From Christensenellales bacterium (GTDB lineage Bacteria > Bacillota > Clostridia > Christensenellales > DTU072): a stretch of DNA of 64,000 nt. A program made the position numbers and the translations under genes. Each line of letters begins with the position of its first letter. Position 1 is the first letter of the stretch. Under the pieces are notes generated by a model, which ran no database searches, was not told the DNA's origin, and saw only the letters and a program-made list of their open reading frames with translations. The stretch is from contig JBNRMV010000010.1 of assembly GCA_050309775.1 (NCBI GenBank), forward strand, positions 23,193 through 87,192, given 5' to 3'. Below are positions 20,829-30,712 of the stretch, one piece after another.

Positions 20829-22715
20829 TCAGTTCTCCTTTATCTTTTTTATAAATATTGCGCAGTTGCCCTCGAGATTAAGCGAGAGACTGTATTTTTT
20901 GTTGTGCATTGGCTTTTCGGCAGCTTTGATGACTTCATGTCCGGCAACCGAACCGCCGTATTTTGTGTCGGCGGAATTCAAAACGACTTCATACATGCCG
21001 TCGTGTTCGATACCTATTTCGTAATTTTCTCTCTTGGCGCGTGAAAAATTCATTACGCAGATTATGCTGTCGCCCTCTTTGTCGTATCTAGTAAAAGCAA
21101 TGACATTCTGTATGTTGTCATCGACGACAATCCAATGAAAACCGTCATAGGTGTTGTCAAGTTCGTAAAGGGGCTTGCTTCTGAGGTAAAAATGGTTCAG
21201 GTCTTTTACATACCTTTTGAGGCTTTTGTGGCTGTCATAATCCAGCAGCATCCAGTCCAATGGCTTTGTGTAGTTCCATTCTATAAACTGTCCCAGTTCG
21301 TTGCCCATAAAGTTGAGTTTTTTGCCGGGGTGAGCCATTTGGTAAGCATAAAGCGTCTTCAGGCTGTCGAACTTTTCCATGTATGCGCCCGGCATTTTTG
21401 AAATCATAGACGCTTTGCCATGCACCACTTCGTCGTGGGAAAAAGGCAAAATGAAATTTTCTGAAAAGGCGTATGTAATCGAAAAGGTCAGTTTGTCGTG
21501 AGCGCCCTTGCGGAAAAACGGGTCAATTTTGATATAATCAAGGGTGTCGTTCATCCAACCCATGTTCCATTTATAATTAAAGCCCAGGCCGCCTTTTTCT
21601 GGAGGCAAAGTCACCATTGGGAAAGCCGTTGATTCCTCGGCAATCATGATGACATCTTTGTACTTTGACAATACTGCTTTGTTCAATTGTTGTAAGAATG
21701 AAATGGCTTCAAGGTTATGGTTGCCGCCGTATTTGTTGGGCAACCACTCCCCGTGCTTTCTGTCATAATCGAGATAAAGCATCGATGCCACAGCGTCCAA
21801 GCGCATGCCGTCGATATGATAGTATTCCAGCCAGAAACAAACGGCAGAGATAAGAAAACTGCGCACCTGTCTTTTGCCGAAATCATATATTCTTGTGCCC
21901 CAGCCCTTGTGTTCTTGTTTGAACGGGTCGCTATATTCATAAAGGCATGTGCCGTCAAACTCATAAAGCCCGTGTTCGTCTTTCGGGAAGTGTGACAGCA
22001 CAAAATCCATAATGACGCCAATGCCGTTCTCATGACATTTGTTGACAAAGTACATAAAATCATGCGGCGTGCCATATCTTGAGGTCGGCGCAAAGAGGCT
22101 TATTGTCTGATAGCCCCATGAGCCATCAAAAGGATGCTCCGTAATGGGCAGCAACTCAACATGGGTATAACCCATTTCCAGAAGATAGGGGATAAGCTCG
22201 TCCGCCATGTGAGAGTATGAATAAAAGTTGCCATCGTCATATTTTTTCCATGAGCCGAAATGCAGTTCGTATATGTTCATAGGCAGGGCATAATGGTTTT
22301 TTGATTTACGCTTTTGCATATACTCCCTGTCCGTCCACTTGAAACCGCGGATATCGTATATTTTTGAGGCGGTACCCGGCGGAGTCTCTGCATGCAACGC
22401 ATAGGGGTCGGCTTTCAGCACAATGCTGCCGTCGGCGCGTTCTATGGAGTATTTGTAGATGTCAAACCTCTTTAGTGAGCGTACAAAGCCCTCCCACACG
22501 CCTGCGTCCAGATGCGTCAGCGGATGGCTTTCTCTGTCCCAGTTGTTGAAGTTTCCTACTATGGAAACGGATTTTGCCGCCGGCGCCCATATGCGGAAAC
22601 GCCATACTTTCTTTTTGTCTTTTACGATATAGCTTGGCTTAAAAAACTTGTGCGCAGAATAATTTGTGCCTTCGTTAAAAAGATATATCGGATAATCATA
22701 AGTGTTTTTGGGCAT
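20829..22715 (-). CDS. glgB: 1,4-alpha-glucan branching enzyme
   Basis: 628 aa with GH13 branching-enzyme architecture (N-terminal CBM48-like region plus catalytic regions). Confidence 0.95.
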   Translation of the reverse strand: MPKNTYDYPIYLFNEGTNYSAHKFFKPSYIVKDKKKVWRFRIWAPAAKSVSIVGNFNNWDRESHPLTHLDAGVWEGFVRSLKRFDIYKYSIERADGSIVLKADPYALHAETPPGTASKIYDIRGFKWTDREYMQKRKSKNHYALPMNIYELHFGSWKKYDDGNFYSYSHMADELIPYLLEMGYTHVELLPITEHPFDGSWGYQTISLFAPTSRYGTPHDFMYFVNKCHENGIGVIMDFVLSHFPKDEHGLYEFDGTCLYEYSDPFKQEHKGWGTRIYDFGKRQVRSFLISAVCFWLEYYHIDGMRLDAVASMLYLDYDRKHGEWLPNKYGGNHNLEAISFLQQLNKAVLSKYKDVIMIAEESTAFPMVTLPPEKGGLGFNYKWNMGWMNDTLDYIKIDPFFRKGAHDKLTFSITYAFSENFILPFSHDEVVHGKASMISKMPGAYMEKFDSLKTLYAYQMAHPGKKLNFMGNELGQFIEWNYTKPLDWMLLDYDSHKSLKRYVKDLNHFYLRSKPLYELDNTYDGFHWIVVDDNIQNVIAFTRYDKEGDSIICVMNFSRAKRENYEIGIEHDGMYEVVLNSADTKYGGSVAGHEVIKAAEKPMHNKKYSLSLNLEGNCAIFIKKIKEN

Positions 22716-22730
22716 TCTTGTGTTCCTTTC

Positions 22731-23546
22731 TTAAAGTAATATATATCCGCGCGGCAACAACTTTTTTAGTGTGTCGCAATTTTGTTCATGCTTTTTTTTG
22801 TCGGCGGTCACGCCGATTACGCTGCTGCCGCTGCCGCTCATAACGGTATTTTCAAAACCCGAACGGGCGAGCAACTCCAGTCCCGTTGTTATGTTATGGT
22901 TCAGTTCTGCGGCGGCTTTTTGCAGGGCATTAGTTAAAATATAAGGCTTGCCCAACCGCATATTGTCAAGTATCTTGTCGATATCGGGATTTTGTCCGCC
23001 GATTTTGTCATAAAGCGCATATGCCTCAGCGGTACTGACACCTCCCGGGCATACCAGTACGGCATAATTTGCTTGCGGCAAAAAGACGCTTTCCAGTCTT
23101 TCGCCCGTTCCCGATATCCTTTTGTCGCCGCCCTCATACATGTACGGCACATCGCTGCCCACGGCAAGTAATAAGTCGGCAGGTATGTCTCCGAGATTGT
23201 ACAGCGTACGCATACAATGAGCAACTCCGGCGGCGTCAGCGCTTGAGCCGCCCAGTCCGGCAGACATGGGAATGCGCTTTGTAATAAGTATATCCGCGCC
23301 GGCCGTACCGTATCTGTTTTGAATGAGTTCAGCCATTCTTTTGGCTGTGTCGCCGCGCAGTTCTTCCGTAAGCCCCCAATAATCAACTTTTATTTGGGAG
23401 TCGGCTCTTTTTGTGGCTTTTATGGTGTCATACACACCAATATTTGTTACCAGACTGTCAATGGTGTGCATGCCGCCCTTAACGCCTGTAACAGACAAAG
23501 CCAGATTGATTTTTGCGTGGGCGCGATGAACTGCAGTTTTTTTCAT
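22731..23546 (-). CDS. ispE: 4-diphosphocytidyl-2-C-methyl-D-erythritol kinase
   Basis: N-terminal AHAKINL and the GHMP motif PMSAGLGGSSADAA. The start is set at MKKTAVH (23546), because the longer ORF-track N-terminus runs through a promoter-like sequence. Confidence 0.85.
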   Translation of the reverse strand: MKKTAVHRAHAKINLALSVTGVKGGMHTIDSLVTNIGVYDTIKATKRADSQIKVDYWGLTEELRGDTAKRMAELIQNRYGTAGADILITKRIPMSAGLGGSSADAAGVAHCMRTLYNLGDIPADLLLAVGSDVPYMYEGGDKRISGTGERLESVFLPQANYAVLVCPGGVSTAEAYALYDKIGGQNPDIDKILDNMRLGKPYILTNALQKAAAELNHNITTGLELLARSGFENTVMSGSGSSVIGVTADKKKHEQNCDTLKKLLPRGYILL

Positions 23547-23558
23547 AATACTAATAGT

Positions 23559-23588
23559 AGTATACCATTTTTTAACTTGAAAGGTCAA
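23559..23588 (-). promoter_or_regulatory. putative promoter of ispE-glg operon (extended -10)
   Basis: On the minus strand: TTGACC, 18-nt spacer, TGgTATACT. Only 12 nt separate the -10 from the ispE ATG, and there is no SD. Confidence 0.45.
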
Positions 23589-23703
23589 CACCAATCTTAT
23601 TTTATAAAGCATGTTCTATTTTGCAAGGATTGGCTTATGTTATGGGTACAAAATTTGCGGCAAATTGCTTCAAATCTTTGCTTTAGTTAAGTGAAAAAGG
23701 TTT

Positions 23704-23731
23704 GTAAAAAAATACCGGCTATCCGCCGGTA
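23704..23731 (-). terminator. rho-independent terminator of galT
   Basis: TACCGGC / GCCGGTA stem followed, on the minus strand, by a run of 8 T. Confidence 0.65.
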
Positions 23732-23759
23732 CCTTAATAATGAAGTTTTTTCTCCTACT

Positions 23760-25256
23760 CTATTCCCGCGCAAATTTCAAAAATTTGTCGAAAGCCAATT
23801 CGCATTTTTTGTCGTTCTTGAAAACAGCCGTGCATTCGAGAATTTTTATACAGGTTTGGTTTACAAAATTTATGACGGCGTCGCGCGCGGTTTTTTTGTC
23901 GCAAGCGCCAAGGTCGTTTGCCAGCTGTACTATCATTCCGAAGTGCTTTGACAGCCGCTCATCTTCGTGTATCGATTTGAAGTCTATGTTGCCGGCGGCA
24001 AGCAAATTGATGATGTCGCTTATTTCGCTCTTTAGTCTGCCCGGTAAAATAAACAATCCCATAGCTTCAATAAGTCCGATGCCCTCTTTCTTTATGTTGT
24101 GCATGTCTTCGGTGGGGTGGTAGATGCCGAAGGGGTGCTTTTCGTCGGTGCGGTTGTTGCGCAAAATCAAGTCCAGACAATATTCGCCTTTTTGGTTAAT
24201 CGAGGCAATGGGCGTAACGGTATTGTGCGGAGCGTTTGTGTACGCAATTATGTCAATGCTTTCATCTGAAAATGCCTGCCATTTTTTGAATATGTTATCG
24301 GCAATTTCAAGCGTGCGGAACTTATTCCTTGAAGCGATATGAACCACGCTATTGTACCAGTCGCGTATGCCGACAGTAGCGTCTGCAATGTTCGAGAGTT
24401 GTTTTTTTAGCGGTCTGTAAAACATAGGCAGCACCTTTTTGCCGCCTTGGTAATGGTCGTGGGAGAGTATGGAGCCGCCGACTATGGGCAAATCAGCATT
24501 GCTGCCCATAAAATAATGCGGAAAAGCCGCCACAAAGTCCAGCAGCCTGGCAAAGCAGTGTTCGTCAATTTTCATCGGTACATGCCTGTCCGACAATGCT
24601 ATGCAATGTTCGTCATAATACACAAAGGGCGAATATTGAAGATGCCAGTTTTCGCCGTTCAGCGTGACTGGGACATAGCGCAGCGTTTGTCTTGCTTGTT
24701 GAGTTGCCGTACCGGCAAAGCCAAGGTTCTCTAAACACAGCGGACACTTGGGATATTTTTCGTCTGTTTGGTTTTTTTCTGCAAGCACTTGCTTGGGGTC
24801 CTTTTCGGGTTTGGCAAGGTTTATGGTGATGCCGACTTCGCCGTGTTCGCCTGCGGTCATCCAGCGTATGTTCTTCTTTATGTCCTGCAACCGAATATAG
24901 TTTGTGTTGACGGCCATTGAGTACAGGTAATCTGTGGCGTTGTTTGGCGAAACGCTGTACAAATCTGTAAATTCTTCAATGACAAGCGAGGGCGCAGGGG
25001 TGACAAGTCCCATAATCTTTGTTTCAAAGCGCAATGCGTCATCTTGAGAAATTATGCCGTTCTCAATGGCGTAATTTACCATTGGGTCAAGGATTTCGGT
25101 TTGTAGCGGCACTCTGTCGGCAAGCTCAAAAGCATTCGTTGCGTTGAAAAGTTCTAGCAGTTGATTTTTTGCGTAAATGGCGTCTTCAAAATTCAACCCC
25201 AGCTTTTCTTTGGCATAATACAATAGGTTTTCGATGTGTTTGTTTATGTTAGGCAT
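23760..25256 (-). CDS. galT: UDP-glucose--hexose-1-phosphate uridylyltransferase (type 2 GalT)
   Basis: ~500-aa Firmicutes-type GalT with an HDHYQGG active-site region, divergent from galK. Confidence 0.9.
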   Translation of the reverse strand: MPNINKHIENLLYYAKEKLGLNFEDAIYAKNQLLELFNATNAFELADRVPLQTEILDPMVNYAIENGIISQDDALRFETKIMGLVTPAPSLVIEEFTDLYSVSPNNATDYLYSMAVNTNYIRLQDIKKNIRWMTAGEHGEVGITINLAKPEKDPKQVLAEKNQTDEKYPKCPLCLENLGFAGTATQQARQTLRYVPVTLNGENWHLQYSPFVYYDEHCIALSDRHVPMKIDEHCFARLLDFVAAFPHYFMGSNADLPIVGGSILSHDHYQGGKKVLPMFYRPLKKQLSNIADATVGIRDWYNSVVHIASRNKFRTLEIADNIFKKWQAFSDESIDIIAYTNAPHNTVTPIASINQKGEYCLDLILRNNRTDEKHPFGIYHPTEDMHNIKKEGIGLIEAMGLFILPGRLKSEISDIINLLAAGNIDFKSIHEDERLSKHFGMIVQLANDLGACDKKTARDAVINFVNQTCIKILECTAVFKNDKKCELAFDKFLKFARE

Positions 25257-25275
25257 TTGAATTTCCCCAATATTG

Positions 25276-25304
25276 TTGATATGTGGTTTTAATCGTGCTA
25301 CAAT
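25276..25304 (+). promoter_or_regulatory. putative galK promoter
   Basis: TTGATA, 17-nt spacer, TACAAT preceded by TGc (extended -10). Confidence 0.45.
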
Positions 25305-25349
25305 GATTTACAAGAAATATTACAAGAATTATACACGAAAGGAGTATTT

Positions 25350-26594
25350 ATGGCAAGGGCTTTGGACCAAAATTATTTCCTCAACAGTCCGCGCTTTCGG
25401 GCTTCGCATGGGGAGTTGTACAACAACGACATAAGTGTAGAAGCCGAAAGATACAGCAAACTTACAGACGGACTTCAAGGCGATATCAGCTTCTTTTCCT
25501 CTCCCGGCAGAGCAGAACTAATCGGCAATCATACCGACCACAACAACGGCTTTGTGCTGGCGGCGACGGTTGACCTTGACACAGTTGCGGCGGTGGTCGA
25601 AGCAGATGACATAGTCATAAATTCCGAAGGTTATCCGCAAGTAAGAGTAAGTCTTGACGATATTGATTTGAACAAACAGGAGTACGGCAGCAGCCATGCG
25701 CTGGTGCGCGGCGTACTGAAAGGCTTTTTGGACAGGGGCCTAAAAATAGGAGGCTTTGTTGCCAACACATCATCGAATATTTTTAAGGGAGCCGGTGTGT
25801 CATCGTCGGCGGCTTTCGAGCTGTTGCTTTGCGAGATACTTAATACGCTTTACAACAACAATGAAATAGATTATGTCACCAAAGCAGTCATTTCACAATA
25901 TGCCGAAAACGAGTATTTTGGCAAGCCCTCCGGGCTTATGGACCAGTTGACAATCTCAAGAGGCGGTGTCAGCTTTATGGATTTTGCCGACTCAAAAATG
26001 CCGGTTTCGGAAAGCATAAATTGGGGCTTTTCGGATTTGGAACTGGTCATCATAAACTGCGGCGGCGACCACTGTGATTTGACGGGCGAATATGCGGAAA
26101 TCAGACAGGATATGCACAATGTGGCGGAACTGTTGGGTGCAGCCAGCCTGCGTTTTGTGTCCGAAACGGAGTTTTACAAAACACTTCCCAAGCTGCATAA
26201 AAAATTGGGAGGTAGAGCCGTATTGCGCGCAAAACACTTTTTTGATGAGAATACCAGAGTAAAAAAGGCGCTGACGGCAATAAATAACAACGACAAGGCT
26301 GAATTTTTGTCGCTGATAAACGCTTCCGGCAAGTCAAGTTATGAACAGTTGCAAAACTGTTATGCAAAGTTGGATGCCGAACAAAACATTCCGTTGGCGT
26401 TGCAGTATGCGGAACGCTTTCAGAACTTGTTGGCAAAGCGTGTGCATGGCGGAGGTTTTGCCGGCACAATACTTACTATGTTGGACAAGCAGCATGCCGA
26501 GCAGTTTACACAACACATGCAACCGCTTTTTGGCAAGGAGAACATTTTTCACTTGTTTATCCGCAAAAAAGGCACAACAAAGGTGGAGGTATAA
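25350..26594 (+). CDS. galK: galactokinase
   Basis: GNHTDHNNG galactokinase signature and the GHMP motif GAGVSSSAAFE. Confidence 0.9.
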   Translation: MARALDQNYFLNSPRFRASHGELYNNDISVEAERYSKLTDGLQGDISFFSSPGRAELIGNHTDHNNGFVLAATVDLDTVAAVVEADDIVINSEGYPQVRVSLDDIDLNKQEYGSSHALVRGVLKGFLDRGLKIGGFVANTSSNIFKGAGVSSSAAFELLLCEILNTLYNNNEIDYVTKAVISQYAENEYFGKPSGLMDQLTISRGGVSFMDFADSKMPVSESINWGFSDLELVIINCGGDHCDLTGEYAEIRQDMHNVAELLGAASLRFVSETEFYKTLPKLHKKLGGRAVLRAKHFFDENTRVKKALTAINNNDKAEFLSLINASGKSSYEQLQNCYAKLDAEQNIPLALQYAERFQNLLAKRVHGGGFAGTILTMLDKQHAEQFTQHMQPLFGKENIFHLFIRKKGTTKVEV

Positions 26595-26597
26595 ATT

Positions 26598-27482
26598 ATG
26601 CATTGGACAGGCAAGGTAGACTCCGTAGCGTTTACATTATTTGGAAGAGATGTGGCGTGGTACGGCATCATTATCACATGCGCAATGCTCATAGGTTTGC
26701 TTGCAGCAATCAGATTGGCGCGGAGGGTGAAGATTACCTCAGATGACCTTCTTGAAATGTTTTTGATAGCCATTCCTATGGCAATAATATTTGCAAGACT
26801 GGGCTATGTTGTAGCAAACGCCGGTGATTTTTTCTTCAAAGGCTTTGATTTTCAGGATTTTATCAATATATTTGCCATATGGGACGGCGGATTGACAATT
26901 ATGTCGGGCGCACCTGGCGGCATTCTTGGGGGCTGGCTGTGGTGCAAATGGCGCAAGGTGGATTTTTTGCGGCTTTCCGATGTTATCATATGCGTCATAC
27001 TGCTGTCGCAAGGATTGGGGCGTTGGGGCAACTTCTTCAATCAAGAGATTTATGGCAAACTCATAACCAACGAATCATGGCAGTTTTTCCCGGCGGCCGT
27101 ATACATTGCAAGACTGGGCGGCTTTTATCAAGCAACCTTCTTTTATGAAATGGTTTTGGATATCTTAGGGTTCTTTGCGCTGTACTTTGTGTCCAGAAGA
27201 TTGCTTTTGAGAGGCAGCGGAGTGCCGCTCTACGCCATGACATACGGTCTTATCCGCTTTATTATGGAATTTATGCGTGTGGAGAGCAGCATAAACACAA
27301 ATGGCGTAAACTATACTCAGATACTTTGCGCCGTTGTTATAGTAGCCTCGGCGGCATTGCTGACATACATGGTTATCAGACAGAAGAAAAAAGGCGTCAG
27401 AGTGTGGTACGCAAAGACTATTCCCGACAAACTTATGAAACCCGTAAAATACGCCATATTCAAGGAAGGCAAGACAAGCTAG
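26598..27482 (+). CDS. lgt: prolipoprotein diacylglyceryl transferase
   Basis: GRWGNFFNQE signature, polytopic membrane protein. Confidence 0.9.
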   Translation: MHWTGKVDSVAFTLFGRDVAWYGIIITCAMLIGLLAAIRLARRVKITSDDLLEMFLIAIPMAIIFARLGYVVANAGDFFFKGFDFQDFINIFAIWDGGLTIMSGAPGGILGGWLWCKWRKVDFLRLSDVIICVILLSQGLGRWGNFFNQEIYGKLITNESWQFFPAAVYIARLGGFYQATFFYEMVLDILGFFALYFVSRRLLLRGSGVPLYAMTYGLIRFIMEFMRVESSINTNGVNYTQILCAVVIVASAALLTYMVIRQKKKGVRVWYAKTIPDKLMKPVKYAIFKEGKTS

Positions 27483-27492
27483 GAGGCAAGAA

Positions 27493-28920
27493 TTGAGGAA
27501 TCTCACCTTATTGACTGATTTATATCAGTTAACAATGATGAACGCTTATATTGAGGCAGGCATTGCCGACAGAAACAGCGTTTTTGATATTTTTTATCGT
27601 GGCAACGAAAATATAGAATATGCCGTTGCCGCAGGACTGGATACGGCTATTGAGTATATCAACAACCTACATTTTTCCGATGATGATATAGCCTATCTCC
27701 GCAGTCTGAATTTGTTTTGTGAGGATTTTTTCAAAGCGATAAGGGACTTCAAATTTACGGGGGATATCTATGCGGTAAGGGAGGGAGAATTCATATTTCC
27801 CACAGAGCCGATATTGACGGTGAAAGCTCCGCTTTTCCAAGCGCAGTTGCTGGAAACGGCGCTTTTGAATATCATAAATCACCAAACTTTGATAGCCACA
27901 AAGGCGACAAAAATTACGCAGGAGGCCAAGGGCGGAGCAGTCATGGAATTTGGTTTGCGCAGAGCGCAGGGCCCCGATGCCGGTATATATGGCTCAAGAG
28001 CCTCAATTATCGGCGGCTGCAAATCAACCTCAAATGTGCTTGCCGGACAAATGTTCGGTATAAATGTGTCGGGAACGCATGCGCATAGCTGGGTAATGAG
28101 TTTTCCTTGCGAGTTGGATGCATTCCGCGCATATGCAAAGTCCTACCCCACGAGTTGTTTGTTACTTGTGGATACATATGACACCTTGCGTTCGGGAGTG
28201 CCGAACGCCATAAAAGTTTTTGACGAGTTGCGCAGCAAGGGTTATGAGCCACTAGGCATAAGGTTGGACAGCGGGGATATTGCGTATCTTTCAAAGCGCG
28301 CCAGAAAGATGTTGGACGATGCCGGCTATCCCGATGCCAAGATAGTGGCATCAGGTGACATTGACGAAAACATACTGTCATCGCTTCACCAACAAGGAGC
28401 AAGAATAGATTTGTGGGGTATCGGCACAAAACTGATTACTTCGGCGCCAAACCCTGCTTTGGGCGGAGTGTATAAATTGGCAGCTATTGAAGAACACGGC
28501 GTTTGGATGCCAAAAATGAAGATATCGGATACCCAAGAGAAAATAACCAATCCCGGACTAAAAACGACATACAGAATATATGACGAAGAAAACATGGCGG
28601 CTGCCGACCTCATTTGTTTGAAAGACGAGGTTTTTGATACCACCAAGCCTTTGACGATTTTCCATCCGGTGGACACATGGAAAAAGACGACATTTACCAA
28701 GTATTCCATGCGCAATCTTATGGTTGATATCTTTGTCGGCGGCAAGCAGGTTTATACATCTCCCAACCTGCACGAAATAGCCGAGTATGCCACAAAGGTG
28801 CGCAATGAGTTTTGGGAAGAATATCACCGCTTGATAAATCCGCATATCTACAAGGTAGACTTAAGCGACAAACTTTATGACCTCAAGCACCTGCTGATAG
28901 CCCAGAACACCTTTGAATGA
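27493..28920 (+). CDS. pncB: nicotinate phosphoribosyltransferase
   Basis: 475 aa with the N-terminus LLTDLYQLTMM, typical of NAPRTase. Confidence 0.9.
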   Translation: MRNLTLLTDLYQLTMMNAYIEAGIADRNSVFDIFYRGNENIEYAVAAGLDTAIEYINNLHFSDDDIAYLRSLNLFCEDFFKAIRDFKFTGDIYAVREGEFIFPTEPILTVKAPLFQAQLLETALLNIINHQTLIATKATKITQEAKGGAVMEFGLRRAQGPDAGIYGSRASIIGGCKSTSNVLAGQMFGINVSGTHAHSWVMSFPCELDAFRAYAKSYPTSCLLLVDTYDTLRSGVPNAIKVFDELRSKGYEPLGIRLDSGDIAYLSKRARKMLDDAGYPDAKIVASGDIDENILSSLHQQGARIDLWGIGTKLITSAPNPALGGVYKLAAIEEHGVWMPKMKISDTQEKITNPGLKTTYRIYDEENMAAADLICLKDEVFDTTKPLTIFHPVDTWKKTTFTKYSMRNLMVDIFVGGKQVYTSPNLHEIAEYATKVRNEFWEEYHRLINPHIYKVDLSDKLYDLKHLLIAQNTFE

Positions 28921-28960
28921 CATTTTAAGAGCAGTATACGCCAAAAGTAGGTAAAATTAT

Positions 28961-28989
28961 TTGACAAAGCGTCAGATTTTAAGGATAAT
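28961..28989 (+). promoter_or_regulatory. putative promoter of tRNA-Ser(UGA)
   Basis: TTGACA, 17-nt spacer, GATAAT, about 85 nt upstream of the tRNA 5' end. Confidence 0.5.
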
Positions 28990-29072
28990 AAGAACTGTCG
29001 TTTGCGCAAGCGTCTCTGAAAGAAAGGAGAGGGCAGAGGCGCAACAACAGCAATAGCAAAATATTCAAATAC

Positions 29073-29160
29073 GGAGAGTTGGCTGAGCGGTCGAAAGCGG
29101 CGGTCTTGAAAACCGTTGAAGTGAAAGCTTCCTGGGGTTCGAATCCCTAACTCTCCGCCA
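29073..29160 (+). tRNA. tRNA-Ser (anticodon UGA), CCA encoded
   Basis: Manual cloverleaf: acceptor GGAGAGT/ACTCTCC, anticodon loop CTTGAAA, long variable arm, T-arm with TTCGAAT, 3' GCCA. Confidence 0.95.
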
Positions 29161-29376
29161 TAGACTAGAAAGGGGGCATTTGCCCCCTTTCTACTAGGTC
29201 AATATGAAGTTATGGATTCGAACGGGCAGATAAGGCGAAAGCATGGTTGCTTTCGCCCTGCCTCGGCGTGATAGCGCAGGGCAACGACAGCGGGAACAAG
29301 CAAAAGTTCTCCTAGCCAAATTATGAATGAGAATGAGTTTATCGCCCAAGCGGAGCGAATCCCTAACTCTCCGCCA
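29161..29376 (+). mobile_element. putative miniature tRNA-targeting integrative element or its remnant (196-bp body plus duplicated tRNA 3' end); no recombinase gene
   Basis: The body is bounded by perfect 21-nt direct repeats CGAATCCCTAACTCTCCGCCA (29140-29160, inside the tRNA, and 29356-29376). Confidence 0.4.
29163..29358 (+). repeat. 196-bp repeat, left copy (inverted relative to 31255-31450)
   Basis: Manual alignment to the reverse complement of 31255-31450 shows 2 mismatches (29275, 29321). Confidence 0.9.
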
Positions 29377-29407
29377 AAACAAAAGAGAGAGCCCAAAGCC
29401 CTCTCTT
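29376..29407 (-). terminator. rho-independent terminator of the 29452-30543 gene
   Basis: Minus strand: AAGAGAGgGC / GCtCTCTCTT hairpin followed by TTGTTTT. Confidence 0.55.
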
Positions 29408-29451
29408 GTTGTCTACAAATCTAAAACCAGTTTATTTTTTCTTGCCAATCT

Positions 29452-30543
29452 CTACAAAAGCAAAGTCTTGTCTTCGCCCATGCCCATCATGCCGTCAAGG
29501 ATATATTTGTTGCCGTCTTCGTCTTTCAGATAGCCTTCCAATTCGCCGAATGCAACAAAATAGTCAATGTTTACGATGGGTTTTGCGTGGGTAACCATTC
29601 GGAAAATGTCATATACCTTAAAGGTGACATCTACCATGCCATGGTCGTCCTTGATTTTCCATGTTGCGCCGTCTACAAACTTACGTGTATCCACATCGCG
29701 TTCAAAAGTTACGGGGGGAAGCAGACTAGTTTTGTTCTCAAGCCACATAATATTTTCGTTATACTTGTCCTGGTCTATTGATTGATTGCGCGTAAGGTTA
29801 AACGCAAACCATTTCTTCTCTCCGTTTGTTTCGTTTACGCCCAGTGTTGTCACCCAATCATAGTGAGCCTTTCTGGGGTAGTAGCCTCTGTGGTCGTCAA
29901 CGACAGCGGCAGAGTCCTCGTCGGTATGGTAAGTTTTGCCGTTGAAAGTAAGGGTGCCCGTTGCTTTGAAAAAGTCTTTTTGCGAATACAAAGGACGATG
30001 ACGCACCTCAGGGTCGGCAAAAGGTATGCTGACAATGCTGGGCTTGCTGAGCCTTTCAAGGTCAAAATTGTACTCTATGCTGTTTTGGTTATCTTTGTGA
30101 TGCCCGTCAAGATGGCACTTGCCGTCTTGAAAGTTGTTGATATAATGCACATGCGAAACGGGGGTTTCGCCTTTGGATTCTGCGCCGTTAATCAGGTTTG
30201 GCGCAATTATGGTATCCTTGCTCTTCAATTGCGTGCTCCAAGAATAAACCTTTCTTTCGGCTTTGTCATAATAGATATTGAGCGTAAGCCCAAAAATCCC
30301 CATATCACACACCACCGCCAGCAAAACGCCTTGTTTCATATGCACTTCCGTGGCTTGCCAAAGAGTAAGGCGAAGCCTTTTCATAAAGTCGGGCGCCGCC
30401 GTCGGGTTTTTTATGCCAAGAAGGTCCATGGTTTCGAACTCCTTATCAAAGGTGCCAAAAACGCATTTGCCGTCCTTTACCATGTCTTTAGGAGTGGGAA
30501 CAGCCCGCCTTTCTATTGGGAAAATTCTGCTGTATTTTTTCAT
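29452..30543 (-). CDS. hypothetical soluble protein (possibly DUF2804-like; unverified)
   Basis: Globular-looking 363-aa ORF with a GGAGGT RBS 5 nt before ATG 30543. The antisense 289-aa ORF looks like junk. Confidence 0.7.
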   Translation of the reverse strand: MKKYSRIFPIERRAVPTPKDMVKDGKCVFGTFDKEFETMDLLGIKNPTAAPDFMKRLRLTLWQATEVHMKQGVLLAVVCDMGIFGLTLNIYYDKAERKVYSWSTQLKSKDTIIAPNLINGAESKGETPVSHVHYINNFQDGKCHLDGHHKDNQNSIEYNFDLERLSKPSIVSIPFADPEVRHRPLYSQKDFFKATGTLTFNGKTYHTDEDSAAVVDDHRGYYPRKAHYDWVTTLGVNETNGEKKWFAFNLTRNQSIDQDKYNENIMWLENKTSLLPPVTFERDVDTRKFVDGATWKIKDDHGMVDVTFKVYDIFRMVTHAKPIVNIDYFVAFGELEGYLKDEDGNKYILDGMMGMGEDKTLLL

Positions 30544-30661
30544 TTTTACCTCCAAGTTATTATCTGTAATACAAGTATACACCATGTACGATTTTATATC
30601 AAGATAGCAAATTTTTTGTACTTTTCACCCAAACGTGTGCAAAAGCCGTAAAAATTATGGC

Positions 30662-30690
30662 TTGACTGATACTTGCGTGTAATTTATAAT
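30662..30690 (+). promoter_or_regulatory. putative promoter of the GtrA-like gene
   Basis: TTGACT, 17-nt spacer, TATAAT. Confidence 0.55.
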
Positions 30691-30712
30691 AATTCTATGT
30701 AAGGAGAAAAAT

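Noticed and set aside
29205-29290. Possible tRNA pseudogene inside the 196-bp element, because of the GGATTCGAAC motif
   Set aside because: I could not build T-arm or acceptor pairing around the motif. The flanking sequence forms a long bulged hairpin instead of a cloverleaf.
29194-29396. Short ORFs (62-65 aa) inside the left 196-bp element, and the 69-aa ORF 31342-31551 spanning the right element and the tRNA
   Set aside because: They run through a tRNA gene or hairpin repeats, lack RBSs, and are mirror images produced by the inverted repeat.
29782-30651. 289-aa plus-strand ORF overlapping the 29452-30543 gene
   Set aside because: Its translation is basic, hydrophobic junk without an RBS. 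The minus-strand ORF has a GGAGGT RBS, a terminator and a globular-looking sequence.
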